From the NCBI GenBank assembly GCA_903945435.1, contig CAJAVM010000008.1, positions 3,812 to 67,811 of the forward strand: DNA of 64,000 nucleotides. Direction: 5' to 3'. Positions within the stretch are counted from its first letter, which is position 1. Every line of letters begins with the position of its first letter. The notes below the pieces were generated by a model. It saw nothing but the letters and a program-made list of their open reading frames with translations, had not been told where the DNA came from and did no database searches. Below, in pieces: positions 9,187-18,700 of this stretch. The DNA is from an uncultured bacterium. Lineage in GTDB: Bacteria > Patescibacteriota > Patescibacteriia > Patescibacteriales > UBA12465. The position numbers were made by a program, and so were the translations under genes.

Positions 9187-10670
9187 CTCAAAATAATAAA
9201 TCAACTATACTCGCTAAAAAATTTCTGCTTGAAATTAAAGAGAGTGGTTATTTAACGACTCTACATAATTATTCTCTATTTATTTTTGGTTCCGGATATA
9301 ATACGGAAAAATATTATCAGTCGGTTTTTAAAAAACAACCGGCCTACTCACTACTTAACCTTCGCTTTAAGGGAAAGACAGAAAGTTTTCTACCTGAGAA
9401 CGCATGGAAAGAATATGGAGCTGAAGTTTTTAGCGCTTATTTAAACAATACAGCTTCCATAATTAAAACTCAAAAAAATTTCTATAATAATTTCCCAGCA
9501 ATAAATAGTCGCTATAATAAATATACTTACGACTTTATTGCTAATCAAGAAGAGAAAAAATTATTACCTATTTTAGGCGATACTTTTGATTTATTTTGGA
9601 CGACGAATGCCTGGTCGCATTTTTCTGTTTATTTTGATTTAGACTTATGTTATTTAGTCGCGCAAAAAGTTTATCCAAAACTTTCTCGCTCTGAATTAGA
9701 AGTTATTTGGCATGAAGCAACTGATATGGTTGCCGAATCTTTTGATAAACAACAAAAGCGAGATATTTTAGCCTACTTAATTAAAAATGGTAACGATAAA
9801 AATTTAATTGAACACTGTCAGTATTTTTTTACGACTTATAAAAGAATCTTTTCTTTAAAAGAGACAGAAAGAGAAATTAAAAAGACATATAATAAGTTTT
9901 TGAAAAATCCCGCTCTCGCAAAAATAGAAATTAAACAGATGGATGCCGAGAAATTAGTAAAAGAAAAATCTTTTAAAATTTGGCGCGCTAAATTGTCTCC
10001 AGTACAGAAAAAAATTGTTGATTTTTGTCAGATTGTGATGCACGTTCGTGACGAACGGAAGAATCATTTTGCTAAAGGGATTACTACGACCTGGAGAATT
10101 GCGGAAAAGATTTTTAAAACTGCTGGTGTTGATGAAAAATTAATTGAAAATGTTATTCCGCTAGAAGAACTTACTAAAGGTTCGGCCTATATTTCAACTA
10201 TTAAAAAAACATTAATAAAAAGAGAGAAGGGTTATGCCGTCTACGTTCCGTATAAAGGGAAAAAACAAATTGCTTATAATAATCTAGTTCAAGAATATAA
10301 AACCATCAATAAATATATTATTGAAGAAGAGGAAAAAAATACTCAAGAAATAAAAGGTCAGATTGGAAATAAGGGTATCGCTCGAGGTATTGTAAGAATT
10401 GTAAAATCACCTGTGCATTTTCATCTTTTCAAAAATAACGAAATTTTAGTAACTGGAATGACGCGTCCGGAATATGTTCCTTTGATGCGGAAAGCGAAAG
10501 CGGTTATTACCGATGAGGGTGGAATTACTTGCCACGCGGCGATTGTTTCGCGCGAGTTAAATAAGCCTTGTATTATCGGAACCAGATTTGCAACTCGTGT
10601 TTTACATGACGGTGATTTAGTCGAAGCCGATGCAAATCAGGGAATTGTTAGAATTTTAAAGTGTAAATAG
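9168..10670 (+). CDS. PEP-utilizing-enzyme mobile (swivel phosphohistidine) domain protein with uncharacterised helical N-terminal region
   Basis: 500 aa. The C-terminal ~100 aa read G-I-A-R-G-I-V-R-I-V...T-D-E-G-G-I-T-C-H-A-A-I-V-S-R-E-L-N-K-P-C-I-I-G, the swivel-domain His motif. No ATP-grasp or PEP-binding barrel motif recognised. Overlaps gltX by 19 nt. Confidence 0.7.
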   Translation: MVGKKITQNNKSTILAKKFLLEIKESGYLTTLHNYSLFIFGSGYNTEKYYQSVFKKQPAYSLLNLRFKGKTESFLPENAWKEYGAEVFSAYLNNTASIIKTQKNFYNNFPAINSRYNKYTYDFIANQEEKKLLPILGDTFDLFWTTNAWSHFSVYFDLDLCYLVAQKVYPKLSRSELEVIWHEATDMVAESFDKQQKRDILAYLIKNGNDKNLIEHCQYFFTTYKRIFSLKETEREIKKTYNKFLKNPALAKIEIKQMDAEKLVKEKSFKIWRAKLSPVQKKIVDFCQIVMHVRDERKNHFAKGITTTWRIAEKIFKTAGVDEKLIENVIPLEELTKGSAYISTIKKTLIKREKGYAVYVPYKGKKQIAYNNLVQEYKTINKYIIEEEEKNTQEIKGQIGNKGIARGIVRIVKSPVHFHLFKNNEILVTGMTRPEYVPLMRKAKAVITDEGGITCHAAIVSRELNKPCIIGTRFATRVLHDGDLVEADANQGIVRILKCK

Positions 10671-10716
10671 AAATCTTTTTATTAAATAAGCCCATCGCAA
10701 TCCTCTTAACTCGTTA

Positions 10717-10745
10717 TTGACAATTTTATAGATTCATACTAAAAT
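10717..10745 (+). promoter_or_regulatory. Near-consensus promoter upstream of the GC-rich gene
   Basis: TTGACA (10717-10722), 17-nt spacer, TAAAAT (10740-10745). Confidence 0.45.
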
Positions 10746-10768
10746 ACGAGGAAAACCTCGTATTTTTA
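10744..10768 (+). terminator. Hairpin plus T-run, probable terminator of the upstream swivel-domain gene
   Basis: atacgagg (10744-10751), loop aaaa, cctcgtat (10756-10763), then tttt. It overlaps the predicted -10/TSS of the next gene. Confidence 0.5.
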
Positions 10769-10815
10769 ACAATTAATTTTTTTAGTATTCACCAATTATA
10801 GAAAGGAAAAAAACC

Positions 10816-11973
10816 ATGCAAGGAGTTGAAAAGAGCCACTGCAATGCAGTTTTAGCCGCAATTTTGAAATCAACGTATGCCTTTTGGCAGTCAACCGTTG
10901 AAGAAGCACTTAGACCGATACTTAAGTACGGGAAAAACGATACGCTGGGCATGGATGCCATGGCGGAGATCACTATCATCGAAACTCTTCAGGAGTATGA
11001 TCACTTGAGTGCGATTATAACTGAAGAAGCCGGTGGTCGGGAAAAAATTCGTTTTTCGCATCCGGAGGATCATCACCTTTTTCGCACAGTTTTTATCAGC
11101 GATCCGACCGATAGGTCTTCGCAAATAAAAGCCGCTCTGGAATTGACAGTTGATAAAACACAATCAGTTTTAGAAACTGTCAACAATCCGGAATTCCGCA
11201 AAATGTGGGAAGAAAAATTTGGGGCCCCAATCTCTATCACGGGAGGTAGTTCGGCTATCACTTGTGTCCGTCGCGGGGTACCGATTTTTTCGGTCATCGT
11301 GAATTATATTACTCGCCAGTTATTCTTGGCCTGTAGTGCCGGCTGCTATACCTACGAACTTCCACTTGAGCAAGAAAAGATTGATTTGGAAACAATTCTT
11401 TCTGGTGGCGAAAATATTTTTTTCCACGATACTTGTCAGTCCGGTCACATGCGTTATTTTACAACGTTTATGGGTAAAAGTGGTTACAAGGATAATTTTA
11501 TCGATAGCCATTTTATGTCAGAAGTTGATATGGAAAAAAATCTGCGTTATGATTTGCCCGGTGGGCCTTCGCGCGCACTTTATCTTTCTAAATTACAACC
11601 TCTCAAAGACCAGGTTGGATTTGTGTTCGCCAATGGCGAAAAAATTACCGAGTGGATTCACTGGTTACCATTCTTGCGTTTCGCACGTAAAAAAGATGAT
11701 CAAGGCGAACCAGCATTGCGATTGTTTGAAGTTTATCAGGATAGACCCTACACCAAGGAGGGGATTCTGATGTCGACGCCACCAGCGTATTCAATTTTTC
11801 AACCAGTTAATGGTAGCGATCGTATGGTAATCAGCGTTAACAAATTCGATTCTTTTTCCAACCCGAGCAAAATTCGCTCGACATTAATTTTAACTCTCGC
11901 CGATAATCACTGGGCCACACGCGCTGTGAACCAGTACGGCTATCGACCGATTGAATTCTTCACTGAACCATAA
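10816..11973 (+). CDS. Divergent inositol-monophosphatase/FBPase-superfamily-like protein (compositionally atypical)
   Basis: 385 aa. G-M-D-A-M-A-E-I-T-I-I-E-T-L...I-I-T-E-E-A-G-G and F-I-S-D-P-T-D-R-S resemble the IMPase EE and DPxDxT/S metal-binding motifs. The C-terminal half is unrecognised. Clearly higher GC than the flanks. Confidence 0.5.
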   Translation: MQGVEKSHCNAVLAAILKSTYAFWQSTVEEALRPILKYGKNDTLGMDAMAEITIIETLQEYDHLSAIITEEAGGREKIRFSHPEDHHLFRTVFISDPTDRSSQIKAALELTVDKTQSVLETVNNPEFRKMWEEKFGAPISITGGSSAITCVRRGVPIFSVIVNYITRQLFLACSAGCYTYELPLEQEKIDLETILSGGENIFFHDTCQSGHMRYFTTFMGKSGYKDNFIDSHFMSEVDMEKNLRYDLPGGPSRALYLSKLQPLKDQVGFVFANGEKITEWIHWLPFLRFARKKDDQGEPALRLFEVYQDRPYTKEGILMSTPPAYSIFQPVNGSDRMVISVNKFDSFSNPSKIRSTLILTLADNHWATRAVNQYGYRPIEFFTEP

Positions 11974-12016
11974 TTATGCGTAAATAATTACGATTAAATA
12001 ATTATGAGACAAAAAC

Positions 12017-12046
12017 AAAAAAGGCTTCAGAAATGAAGTCTTTTTG
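12017..12046. terminator. Bidirectional terminator between convergent genes
   Basis: A-run, ggcttca (12023-12029), loop gaaa, tgaagtc (12034-12040, one G-U pair), T-run. Confidence 0.6.
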
Positions 12047-12088
12047 CTATTTAATTTGTTATTTAATTTATTGTGAGAAACTTTTGAA

Positions 12089-12499
12089 CTATTTTTTAGA
12101 TTTTTTATGTTTTAACTTAAACAATTCTTTCGATTTTCTTGTGATTACTAGAATTGTTAAAACGGCAATATACGAAGAAACGACCGCGCCTGGTAAATGG
12201 TAGATTGCTCCGAACCAGAAATCTAGAATAAATAAACTAAAAATTAAAATTGACCAAATAATTACAAATATTTCTCCGGGATGATTTTCTTCGTGTTTAT
12301 CATACCAACGTTCAAATTCTTTATTGCTAACATAGATTGCTAGAACGCTGATGTAGATAGTTGCGATGGCATTTAAAATCTCTTCATAAGCATTGGCGCC
12401 TAAAAAATCTATTATAATCATTACAAAAAAGAGAAGGGACCAGGCATTAATTAATTTTCGCCAAAAATTAAAGTCATTTTTTAGTAAGAGTCGGTTCAT
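12089..12499 (-). CDS. Small membrane protein (about 4 TM), function unknown
   Basis: 136 aa with four hydrophobic segments and a Lys-rich C-terminus. Confidence 0.6.
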   Translation of the reverse strand: MNRLLLKNDFNFWRKLINAWSLLFFVMIIIDFLGANAYEEILNAIATIYISVLAIYVSNKEFERWYDKHEENHPGEIFVIIWSILIFSLFILDFWFGAIYHLPGAVVSSYIAVLTILVITRKSKELFKLKHKKSKK

Positions 12500-12639
12500 A
12501 TTTAAAAATAATTTATATATTTATAGATTAGCATATTTTAACGCAGGAGAGCTAGCTTTAAGTGCTATTAAATTCGAAAAAGCAAAAAATTAGACTCTTG
12601 TAATTAAAGGAAATTACTGATAAAATATTTGCATCTAAG

Positions 12640-12666
12640 AAAAGAGGCCCAATTAGCCTCTTTTTG
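12640..12666 (+). terminator. Orphan terminator-like hairpin 30 nt upstream of pflA
   Basis: aaaagaggc / loop ccaatta / gcctctttt followed by further T. No annotated upstream plus-strand gene ends here. Confidence 0.4.
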
Positions 12667-12695
12667 CTGGGTTAAAATGGGTAAAATAAGTTTTT

Positions 12696-13439
12696 ATGTT
12701 GAAGGTTCACTCGATTGAAACATTCGGAACACACGAAGGGCCAGGTATCCGCCTAGTAGTTTTTCTGCAGGGCTGTAATTTTAATTGTGCTTACTGTCAT
12801 AACCCAGATACGATTTCTCTAAAAGGCGGAAAGGATATGAAATTTTCGGAGATTCTAGATTTACTTGAAGCCCAAAAGTCATATTTTACAAATGGTGATT
12901 TTGAAAACGGCGGCGGTTTAACAATTTCTGGTGGGGAACCGGGAATGCAGTTGTCCGAATTACAGAAACTCCTAAAACAAGTTAAGCGCCGAGGCTTTCA
13001 TATCGCTTTAGATACTAACGCGAGTTTTAATACTACAGCTTATAAAAAACTTTTAGATTTAAGCGACCTCGCGCTAATTGATTTAAAGCATTTTAATGAT
13101 GCACATCATCTCGGTTTAACTGGGAGAAGCAATGTTAATGTCCTTAACTCAATAGAATATCGCAATAACTCAAAAAAACCTTTTTGGATTCGTTATGTCT
13201 TAGTCCCTGGCTGGACAGACCAAGTTGAGTACTTAGAAAAAATGGGGAAGTATTTAAAAAAATTTAAATATTTAAAACGTCTTGAAATTTTACCTTATCA
13301 TACTTTAGGCGCTCATAAATATAAAGAACTGAATCTTAATTATCGCCTGCAAAACGTAAAACCGCCGACTACTGCGCAAATAAAAAAAATCAAAAATATC
13401 TTCGATAAATATTTAAAAAACGTTATCGTTAGACAATAA
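12696..13439 (+). CDS. pflA: Pyruvate formate-lyase activating enzyme (radical SAM)
   Basis: 247 aa. G-P-G-I-R-L-V-V-F-L-Q-G-C-N-F-N-C-A-Y-C-H-N-P-D-T contains the CxxxCxxC cluster motif in the glycyl-radical-activase context. Confidence 0.9.
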   Translation: MLKVHSIETFGTHEGPGIRLVVFLQGCNFNCAYCHNPDTISLKGGKDMKFSEILDLLEAQKSYFTNGDFENGGGLTISGGEPGMQLSELQKLLKQVKRRGFHIALDTNASFNTTAYKKLLDLSDLALIDLKHFNDAHHLGLTGRSNVNVLNSIEYRNNSKKPFWIRYVLVPGWTDQVEYLEKMGKYLKKFKYLKRLEILPYHTLGAHKYKELNLNYRLQNVKPPTTAQIKKIKNIFDKYLKNVIVRQ

Positions 13440-13464
13440 TCTCGACTTATTATAAATCAAATTT

Positions 13465-14289
13465 ATGTCGGAACAAATTTATTTCGCGCCTTCAGAAATG
13501 GCTTTAACCGCGAGCGAAGCCGCTTTAAAAAAATCGAAGATTCCTTTTCGTCGTCTTTTAGTGCTATCAATTTTAGCGGGCATGTATATCGGCTTCGGTG
13601 GATTATTAGTTGTTTTAGTTGGGACGGGAGCAACGGGACTAGCTTATGGTTTGGTTAAATTAATAATGGGACTTGTTTTTAGTATCGGTCTTATTTTAGT
13701 AGTTGTAGGCGGAGCGGAATTATTTACTGGAAATACGATTGTAGCCTTAGCTAAAGCCGAAGGTCATATTTCTTGGTTAAGCTTATTTAAGAATTGGACG
13801 ATGGTTTATCTAGGGAATTTTATCGGCGCAATTTTTTTAGCTTTATTAATTTTATTATCTAAACAATATACTTTTGCTGATGGTGCGATTGGCGAAGTAA
13901 TGTTCAAAATTGCTTCTGGAAAACTAAATTATTCTTTTATCTCGGCTCTAACTTTAGGATTTCTATGTAATATCTTTGTTTGTTTAGCAATTTGGCTTAG
14001 TTATTCTTCAAAAAGTACTGGTGATAAAATTTTAGCGATTATTTTTCCAATTACCGCTTTTGTTGCTCTAGGTTTTGAGCATTCAGTTGCTAACATGTAT
14101 TTATTATCAAGTGCTTGGTTAATTCAAATTTTTGATGCTAGTTTTTTAGAACTCCATAACAGTTCACAAATTACTTTAAATCAAATTTTTGTTAATAATT
14201 TATTGCCGGTTACGATTGGGAATATTTTGGGAGGATTATTTATTTGGTTCGCCTATCAATTCGCTTATAAAGTTACTTATAAAAAATAA
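13465..14289 (+). CDS. focA: Formate/nitrite transporter family channel
   Basis: 274 aa, polytopic. FNT signatures G-A-E-L-F-T-G-N and F-E-H-S-V-A-N-M. Confidence 0.85.
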   Translation: MSEQIYFAPSEMALTASEAALKKSKIPFRRLLVLSILAGMYIGFGGLLVVLVGTGATGLAYGLVKLIMGLVFSIGLILVVVGGAELFTGNTIVALAKAEGHISWLSLFKNWTMVYLGNFIGAIFLALLILLSKQYTFADGAIGEVMFKIASGKLNYSFISALTLGFLCNIFVCLAIWLSYSSKSTGDKILAIIFPITAFVALGFEHSVANMYLLSSAWLIQIFDASFLELHNSSQITLNQIFVNNLLPVTIGNILGGLFIWFAYQFAYKVTYKK

Positions 14290-14304
14290 TATATAAAAAG
14301 TTCT

Positions 14305-16404
14305 ATGCTTAACCTCGATTCTGTTTTCAAGCCGCAATCAGTTGCGATTGTTGGCGCATCTACTAAGGCAGGTAGTGTCGGCAACGACGTTGTAAAAAAT
14401 TTAGCTTCTGATTTTGTTGGTAAGATTTATCCAGTTAATCCTAAGGCTGAAGAAATAGATGGTTTAAAATGTTATCCGTCTTTAAGTTCAATTTCTGAAA
14501 AAATAGATTTGGTGATTATTATTGTTCCCGCCGCCATCACCACGGCTATTTTAGAAGAGGCTGGTTCTTTAGGAGTTAAGGGAGCAATTGTAATTTCGGC
14601 TGGATTTAAAGAAGTCGGAAATATTGATTTAGAAAACCAGTTAAAAGAAATTAGTAAAAAATACGAAATTGCGTTGATTGGTCCAAATTGTTTAGGGATT
14701 ATTAATCCGGCAATCAAACTTAATGCTTCGTTTGCGCCTTTGATGCCTGCTTCTGGCTCTGTCGCTTTTATTTCTCAAAGCGGCGCTCTTTGTACAGCGG
14801 TTTTAGATTCCGCTCGAGAAATGAACGTTGGTTTTTCAAAATTTATGAGTGTTGGTAACAAGGCGGTAATTGATGAGGCAAATATTTTAGAATATTTAGC
14901 AAACGACGTCGAAACAAAAGTAATCGCTTTGTATGCTGAGCAATTAACGGAACCCGAAGTATTAATGAAAAATATAAAAAAAATAAGTCGTGGTGAAAAT
15001 GCTAAACCAATTATTATTTTAAAGTCAGGAAGAACTTCGGCTGGCGCTGGCGCAAGCGCTTCACATACGGGCGCCTTGGCTGGTAATGATGCCGCTTATG
15101 CTGCTCTTTTTCGCCAAGCGGGAGTTATTAGAGCTGATAGCGTTGAGGAATTATTTGATTATATAAAAATATTTAGCGGTAATAAGCTTGCCCCGGCTCA
15201 TAAGATTGCGATTGTAACGAATGCGGGCGGGCCTGGTGTATTAGCGATTGATGCGGCCATTGATAATAATTTAGAAATTGCGCAGTTGTCCGAAAATACC
15301 AAAACTGCTTTAACGAATACCTTGCCCCCAGCCGCTAACGTTAATAATCCAGTTGATGTGTTAGGCGATGGTCGGGCGGATAGATATCAAATTGCCTTGG
15401 AGGCAGTTTTAAATGATGAACAAGTAGAAGCAGCGGTAGTTATTTTAACACCGCAATCAACGACGGAAGTTGAAGCGACTGCTCAAGAAATTGTTGCTTC
15501 TCGTTTAAAATATAATAAGCCGATAGCGGTTGCCTTTATGGGGGAAGCTTTAGTCGCTGGCGGTTTACAGATTCTAAAAAATAATCAAATAGCGACTTAT
15601 TCTTATCCAGAATCAGCCGTCCGGGCTTTAAGTAAATTTTCTAAATTTTACGAATTAGCTCAACAAGTCTCAGAAGAAGTAGTTAATTTTTTTGATGTTG
15701 ATAAAAATAAAGTTGCGGAAATTTTTTCAACTTCTAAAGCAAAGGGAATTCATTCTTTTCCAGAAGCTTCCGCGTTAGCAATTTTAGAAGCTTATAAATT
15801 ACCTGTCCTTGCTAGTCGGGTTGCTCGTAGTAAAGAAGAGGCAGAAAAAATCGCTCAAGAGATTGGAAAAAAATTAGTTTTAAAAATTGTTTCTCCTGAT
15901 ATTTTACATAAAAGCGATGCGGGGGGAATTATGCTTAATGTTTTTCCGGAAGAAGCGGGAGAGAAATTTGAAGAAATGATGAAACAGGTTGGGATTAATA
16001 AACCCGAAGCAAAATTAGAAGGCGTTTTATTAGTTGAGATGATAACGGATAAGGGAATTGAACTTATTTTAGGAAGTATGAAGGACGCGAGCCTAGGAAA
16101 TGCTATAATGTTAGGGTTGGGTGGAATCTATGTTGAGATTCTAAAAGATGTTGCTTTCGGTCTAAATCCATTACTTACTTCCGATGTTTATAACATGCTA
16201 AATAGTTTGAAATCTAAAAAGATTTTAGACGGTGCTCGCGGTGCTAAGCCAGCTGATAAATTAGCAATCATAGAATGTGTTTTGCGGCTAGCTCAGCTAC
16301 TTCGAGATTTTCCAGAAATAAAAGAATTAGATATTAATCCACTTTTAGTTTTAGAAGAAGGAAAAGGCGCAAAAGTTCTTGATGCGCGTATCGTAATTGA
16401 ATAA
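14305..16404 (+). CDS. ADP-forming acetyl-CoA synthetase (acetate--CoA ligase, fused alpha/beta)
   Basis: 699 aa. CoA-binding N-terminus (S-V-A-I-V-G-A-S), G-P-N-C-L-G-I, S-Q-S-G-A-L, the phosphohistidine loop A-S-H-T-G-A-L-A-G, and a C-terminal ATP-grasp-like domain. Confidence 0.85.
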   Translation: MLNLDSVFKPQSVAIVGASTKAGSVGNDVVKNLASDFVGKIYPVNPKAEEIDGLKCYPSLSSISEKIDLVIIIVPAAITTAILEEAGSLGVKGAIVISAGFKEVGNIDLENQLKEISKKYEIALIGPNCLGIINPAIKLNASFAPLMPASGSVAFISQSGALCTAVLDSAREMNVGFSKFMSVGNKAVIDEANILEYLANDVETKVIALYAEQLTEPEVLMKNIKKISRGENAKPIIILKSGRTSAGAGASASHTGALAGNDAAYAALFRQAGVIRADSVEELFDYIKIFSGNKLAPAHKIAIVTNAGGPGVLAIDAAIDNNLEIAQLSENTKTALTNTLPPAANVNNPVDVLGDGRADRYQIALEAVLNDEQVEAAVVILTPQSTTEVEATAQEIVASRLKYNKPIAVAFMGEALVAGGLQILKNNQIATYSYPESAVRALSKFSKFYELAQQVSEEVVNFFDVDKNKVAEIFSTSKAKGIHSFPEASALAILEAYKLPVLASRVARSKEEAEKIAQEIGKKLVLKIVSPDILHKSDAGGIMLNVFPEEAGEKFEEMMKQVGINKPEAKLEGVLLVEMITDKGIELILGSMKDASLGNAIMLGLGGIYVEILKDVAFGLNPLLTSDVYNMLNSLKSKKILDGARGAKPADKLAIIECVLRLAQLLRDFPEIKELDINPLLVLEEGKGAKVLDARIVIE

Positions 16405-16412
16405 TAAAAAAT

Positions 16413-18635
16413 ATGAAAAATAAAATTCAAACCTCAGCTTTAAATAAAATAGACGTTCGCTCTTTTGTATTTAAAAATATTACTCCTTATAAAGGTGACG
16501 CTTCTTTTTTATCCGGTCCTTCTAAAAAAACAAAAAAACTTTGGGGGGGATGTGAAAAATTATTAAAGCGCGAAATGAAAAATGGCGGCGTTTTAAAAAT
16601 AGATAATAAAATAGTTTCTTCCATCACTAGCCATAAACCAGGTTATATCGATAAATCTTTAGAAGTTATTTTCGGATTACAAACCGATGAGCCATTAAAA
16701 CGCGCCGTAAAACCATATGGTGGATTAAGGGCAATTGAGAAAGCTTGCGAGGAAAATAAAGTTAAACTTGATGAAAAAATTAGTGAAGTTTTTTCAAAAT
16801 ACCGTAAGACTCATAACGATGGTGTCTTTGATGCCTATACTGATAAAATGCGCTTATTACGTAAGACAGGCGTTCTAACTGGACTACCTGATGCTTATGC
16901 GCGCGGAAGGATAATCGGCGACTATCGTCGCGCCGCGCTTTACGGAATTGATTATTTAATAAATTTAAAAAAAGACGATAAAAATAAATTGGACCCGGAA
17001 GAAATGACTGAGGAAACAATTCGTTTGCGTGAAGAAATTAGCGAACAGATTCGTGCGCTCGAAGATATGAAAGTGATGGCTAAGAGTTATGGTTTCGATA
17101 TTAGCCAACCCGCAAAAAATGCCCGTGAAGCAATTCAATGGACTTACTTCGCTTATCTTTCAGCTTTAAAAGAACAGGACGGCGCGGCAATGAGTTTAGG
17201 AAATGTTAGTTCTTTCTTTGATATTTATTTAGAACGTGATTTGGTCGCTGGGGTTATTAATGAAGAAGGTGCACAAGAATTAGTCGATCAATTTATTATT
17301 AAATTAAGATTAGTTCGACATCTACGTCCTGATGAATATAATCAACTTTTTGCTGGCGACCCAACTTGGCTTACCGAATCAATCGGGGGAATGTTTGAAA
17401 ACGGAAAAAGCAAAGTTACTAAAACTTCTTATAGATTTTTGCAAACTCTATTTAATATTGGTCCCTCACCAGAGCCTAATTTAACAGTTTTATGGTCGGA
17501 AAAATTACCAGCTAACTTTAAAAAGTTTTGTGCTGAAGTTTCAGTGAAGACATCATCAATTCAATATGAGAATGATGATTTAATGCGCGCGACTAGCGGT
17601 TGTGATGATTATGGAATTTCTTGTTGCGTTTCTAAACTGAATATTGGTCAACAGATGCAATATTTCGGTGCGCGTTGTAATTTAGCGAAGGCTTTACTGA
17701 TTGCCCTTAACGAAGGGAATGATGAGATGAGTGGTGCTAAGATTGTTGATGGTATTTTACCGTTAAGCGGGAAGACGCTTGATTATAAAAAAGTAGTTAT
17801 TGAATTTAAAAAGAGTATTGCCTTTCTAGCTAAGGAATATATAAAGACCATGAATGCCATTCATTACATGCATGATAAATATTATTATGAGAAAGCACAG
17901 ATGGCTTTAATTGATAGTAATGTTGATAGATTAATTGCTTTCGGTTTAGCAGGATTATCAGTCGTGGCTGATTCTTTATCAGCTATCAAATATGCAAAGG
18001 TTGTTCCGATTAGAAACGAACAGGGGATTACGACTGCTTTCGAAATTAATGGCGACTATCCAAGGTATGGAAATAATGATAAACGAGTTGATGATATCGC
18101 AGTTAAATTAGTTAATGATTTTAATGCCGAATTATCGAAGCATCATATTTATCGCGGCGCAACGCCAACTCTTTCGATCTTAACAATTACTTCTAATGTT
18201 GTTTATGGTTTAAAAACTGGAGCAACGCCTGATGGCCGTGAAGCTGGAGCGCCATTTGCTCCTGGTGCAAATCCAATGCATGGACGCGATACTAGCGGGG
18301 CAATCGCTTCTTTAAATTCAGTTGCAAAATTAGATTACAGTAATGCCCGTGATGGAATCTCAAATACTTTTAGTATTACACCAACAACTTTGGGCCATGA
18401 TTTAGAAGAACAAACTAAAAATTTAGTCGCCTTGCTTTCAGGATATTTTACTAAAGGTGCCCATCACTTAAATGTAAATGTTTTTAATCGTGAAACTTTA
18501 GAAGACGCGATGAATCATCCGGAAAAATATCCGCAGTTAACGATTCGCGTTTCTGGGTATGCCGTTCACTTTGTAAGGCTATCAAGAAAGCAGCAACAAG
18601 AAGTTTTAGCTCGAACATTTTTTGAGAAGATTTAA
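16413..18635 (+). CDS. pflB: Pyruvate formate-lyase (glycyl radical enzyme)
   Basis: 740 aa. Adjacent active-site cysteines (I-S-C-C-V-S) and the glycyl-radical motif R-V-S-G-Y-A-V-H-F near the C-terminus. Confidence 0.92.
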   Translation: MKNKIQTSALNKIDVRSFVFKNITPYKGDASFLSGPSKKTKKLWGGCEKLLKREMKNGGVLKIDNKIVSSITSHKPGYIDKSLEVIFGLQTDEPLKRAVKPYGGLRAIEKACEENKVKLDEKISEVFSKYRKTHNDGVFDAYTDKMRLLRKTGVLTGLPDAYARGRIIGDYRRAALYGIDYLINLKKDDKNKLDPEEMTEETIRLREEISEQIRALEDMKVMAKSYGFDISQPAKNAREAIQWTYFAYLSALKEQDGAAMSLGNVSSFFDIYLERDLVAGVINEEGAQELVDQFIIKLRLVRHLRPDEYNQLFAGDPTWLTESIGGMFENGKSKVTKTSYRFLQTLFNIGPSPEPNLTVLWSEKLPANFKKFCAEVSVKTSSIQYENDDLMRATSGCDDYGISCCVSKLNIGQQMQYFGARCNLAKALLIALNEGNDEMSGAKIVDGILPLSGKTLDYKKVVIEFKKSIAFLAKEYIKTMNAIHYMHDKYYYEKAQMALIDSNVDRLIAFGLAGLSVVADSLSAIKYAKVVPIRNEQGITTAFEINGDYPRYGNNDKRVDDIAVKLVNDFNAELSKHHIYRGATPTLSILTITSNVVYGLKTGATPDGREAGAPFAPGANPMHGRDTSGAIASLNSVAKLDYSNARDGISNTFSITPTTLGHDLEEQTKNLVALLSGYFTKGAHHLNVNVFNRETLEDAMNHPEKYPQLTIRVSGYAVHFVRLSRKQQQEVLARTFFEKI

Positions 18636-18649
18636 CTCAGTCAATATAA

Positions 18650-18685
18650 AAAAAGACCCCAACCTAAAATTGGGGCCTTTTTTAA
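18650..18685. terminator. Bidirectional terminator between pflB and the MATE gene
   Basis: A-run, ccccaa (18657-18662), 7-nt loop, ttgggg (18670-18675), T-run. Confidence 0.7.
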
Positions 18686-18700
18686 AACGCCTACAATTAT

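Noticed and set aside
10744-10768. Promoter followed by a hairpin, resembling a transcription attenuator in front of the GC-rich gene
   Set aside because: The hairpin starts inside the predicted -10 box (10740-10745). A transcript from this promoter would begin within the loop and could not form the stem. It is more simply the terminator of the upstream swivel-domain gene, overlapping the next promoter.
10782-11770. Five overlapping alternative-frame ORFs (65-144 aa) within the IMPase-like gene
   Set aside because: All are nested in or antisense to one long ORF that carries recognisable motifs. Their density is explained by the locally higher GC (fewer stop codons). I used them as evidence for the composition shift, not as genes.
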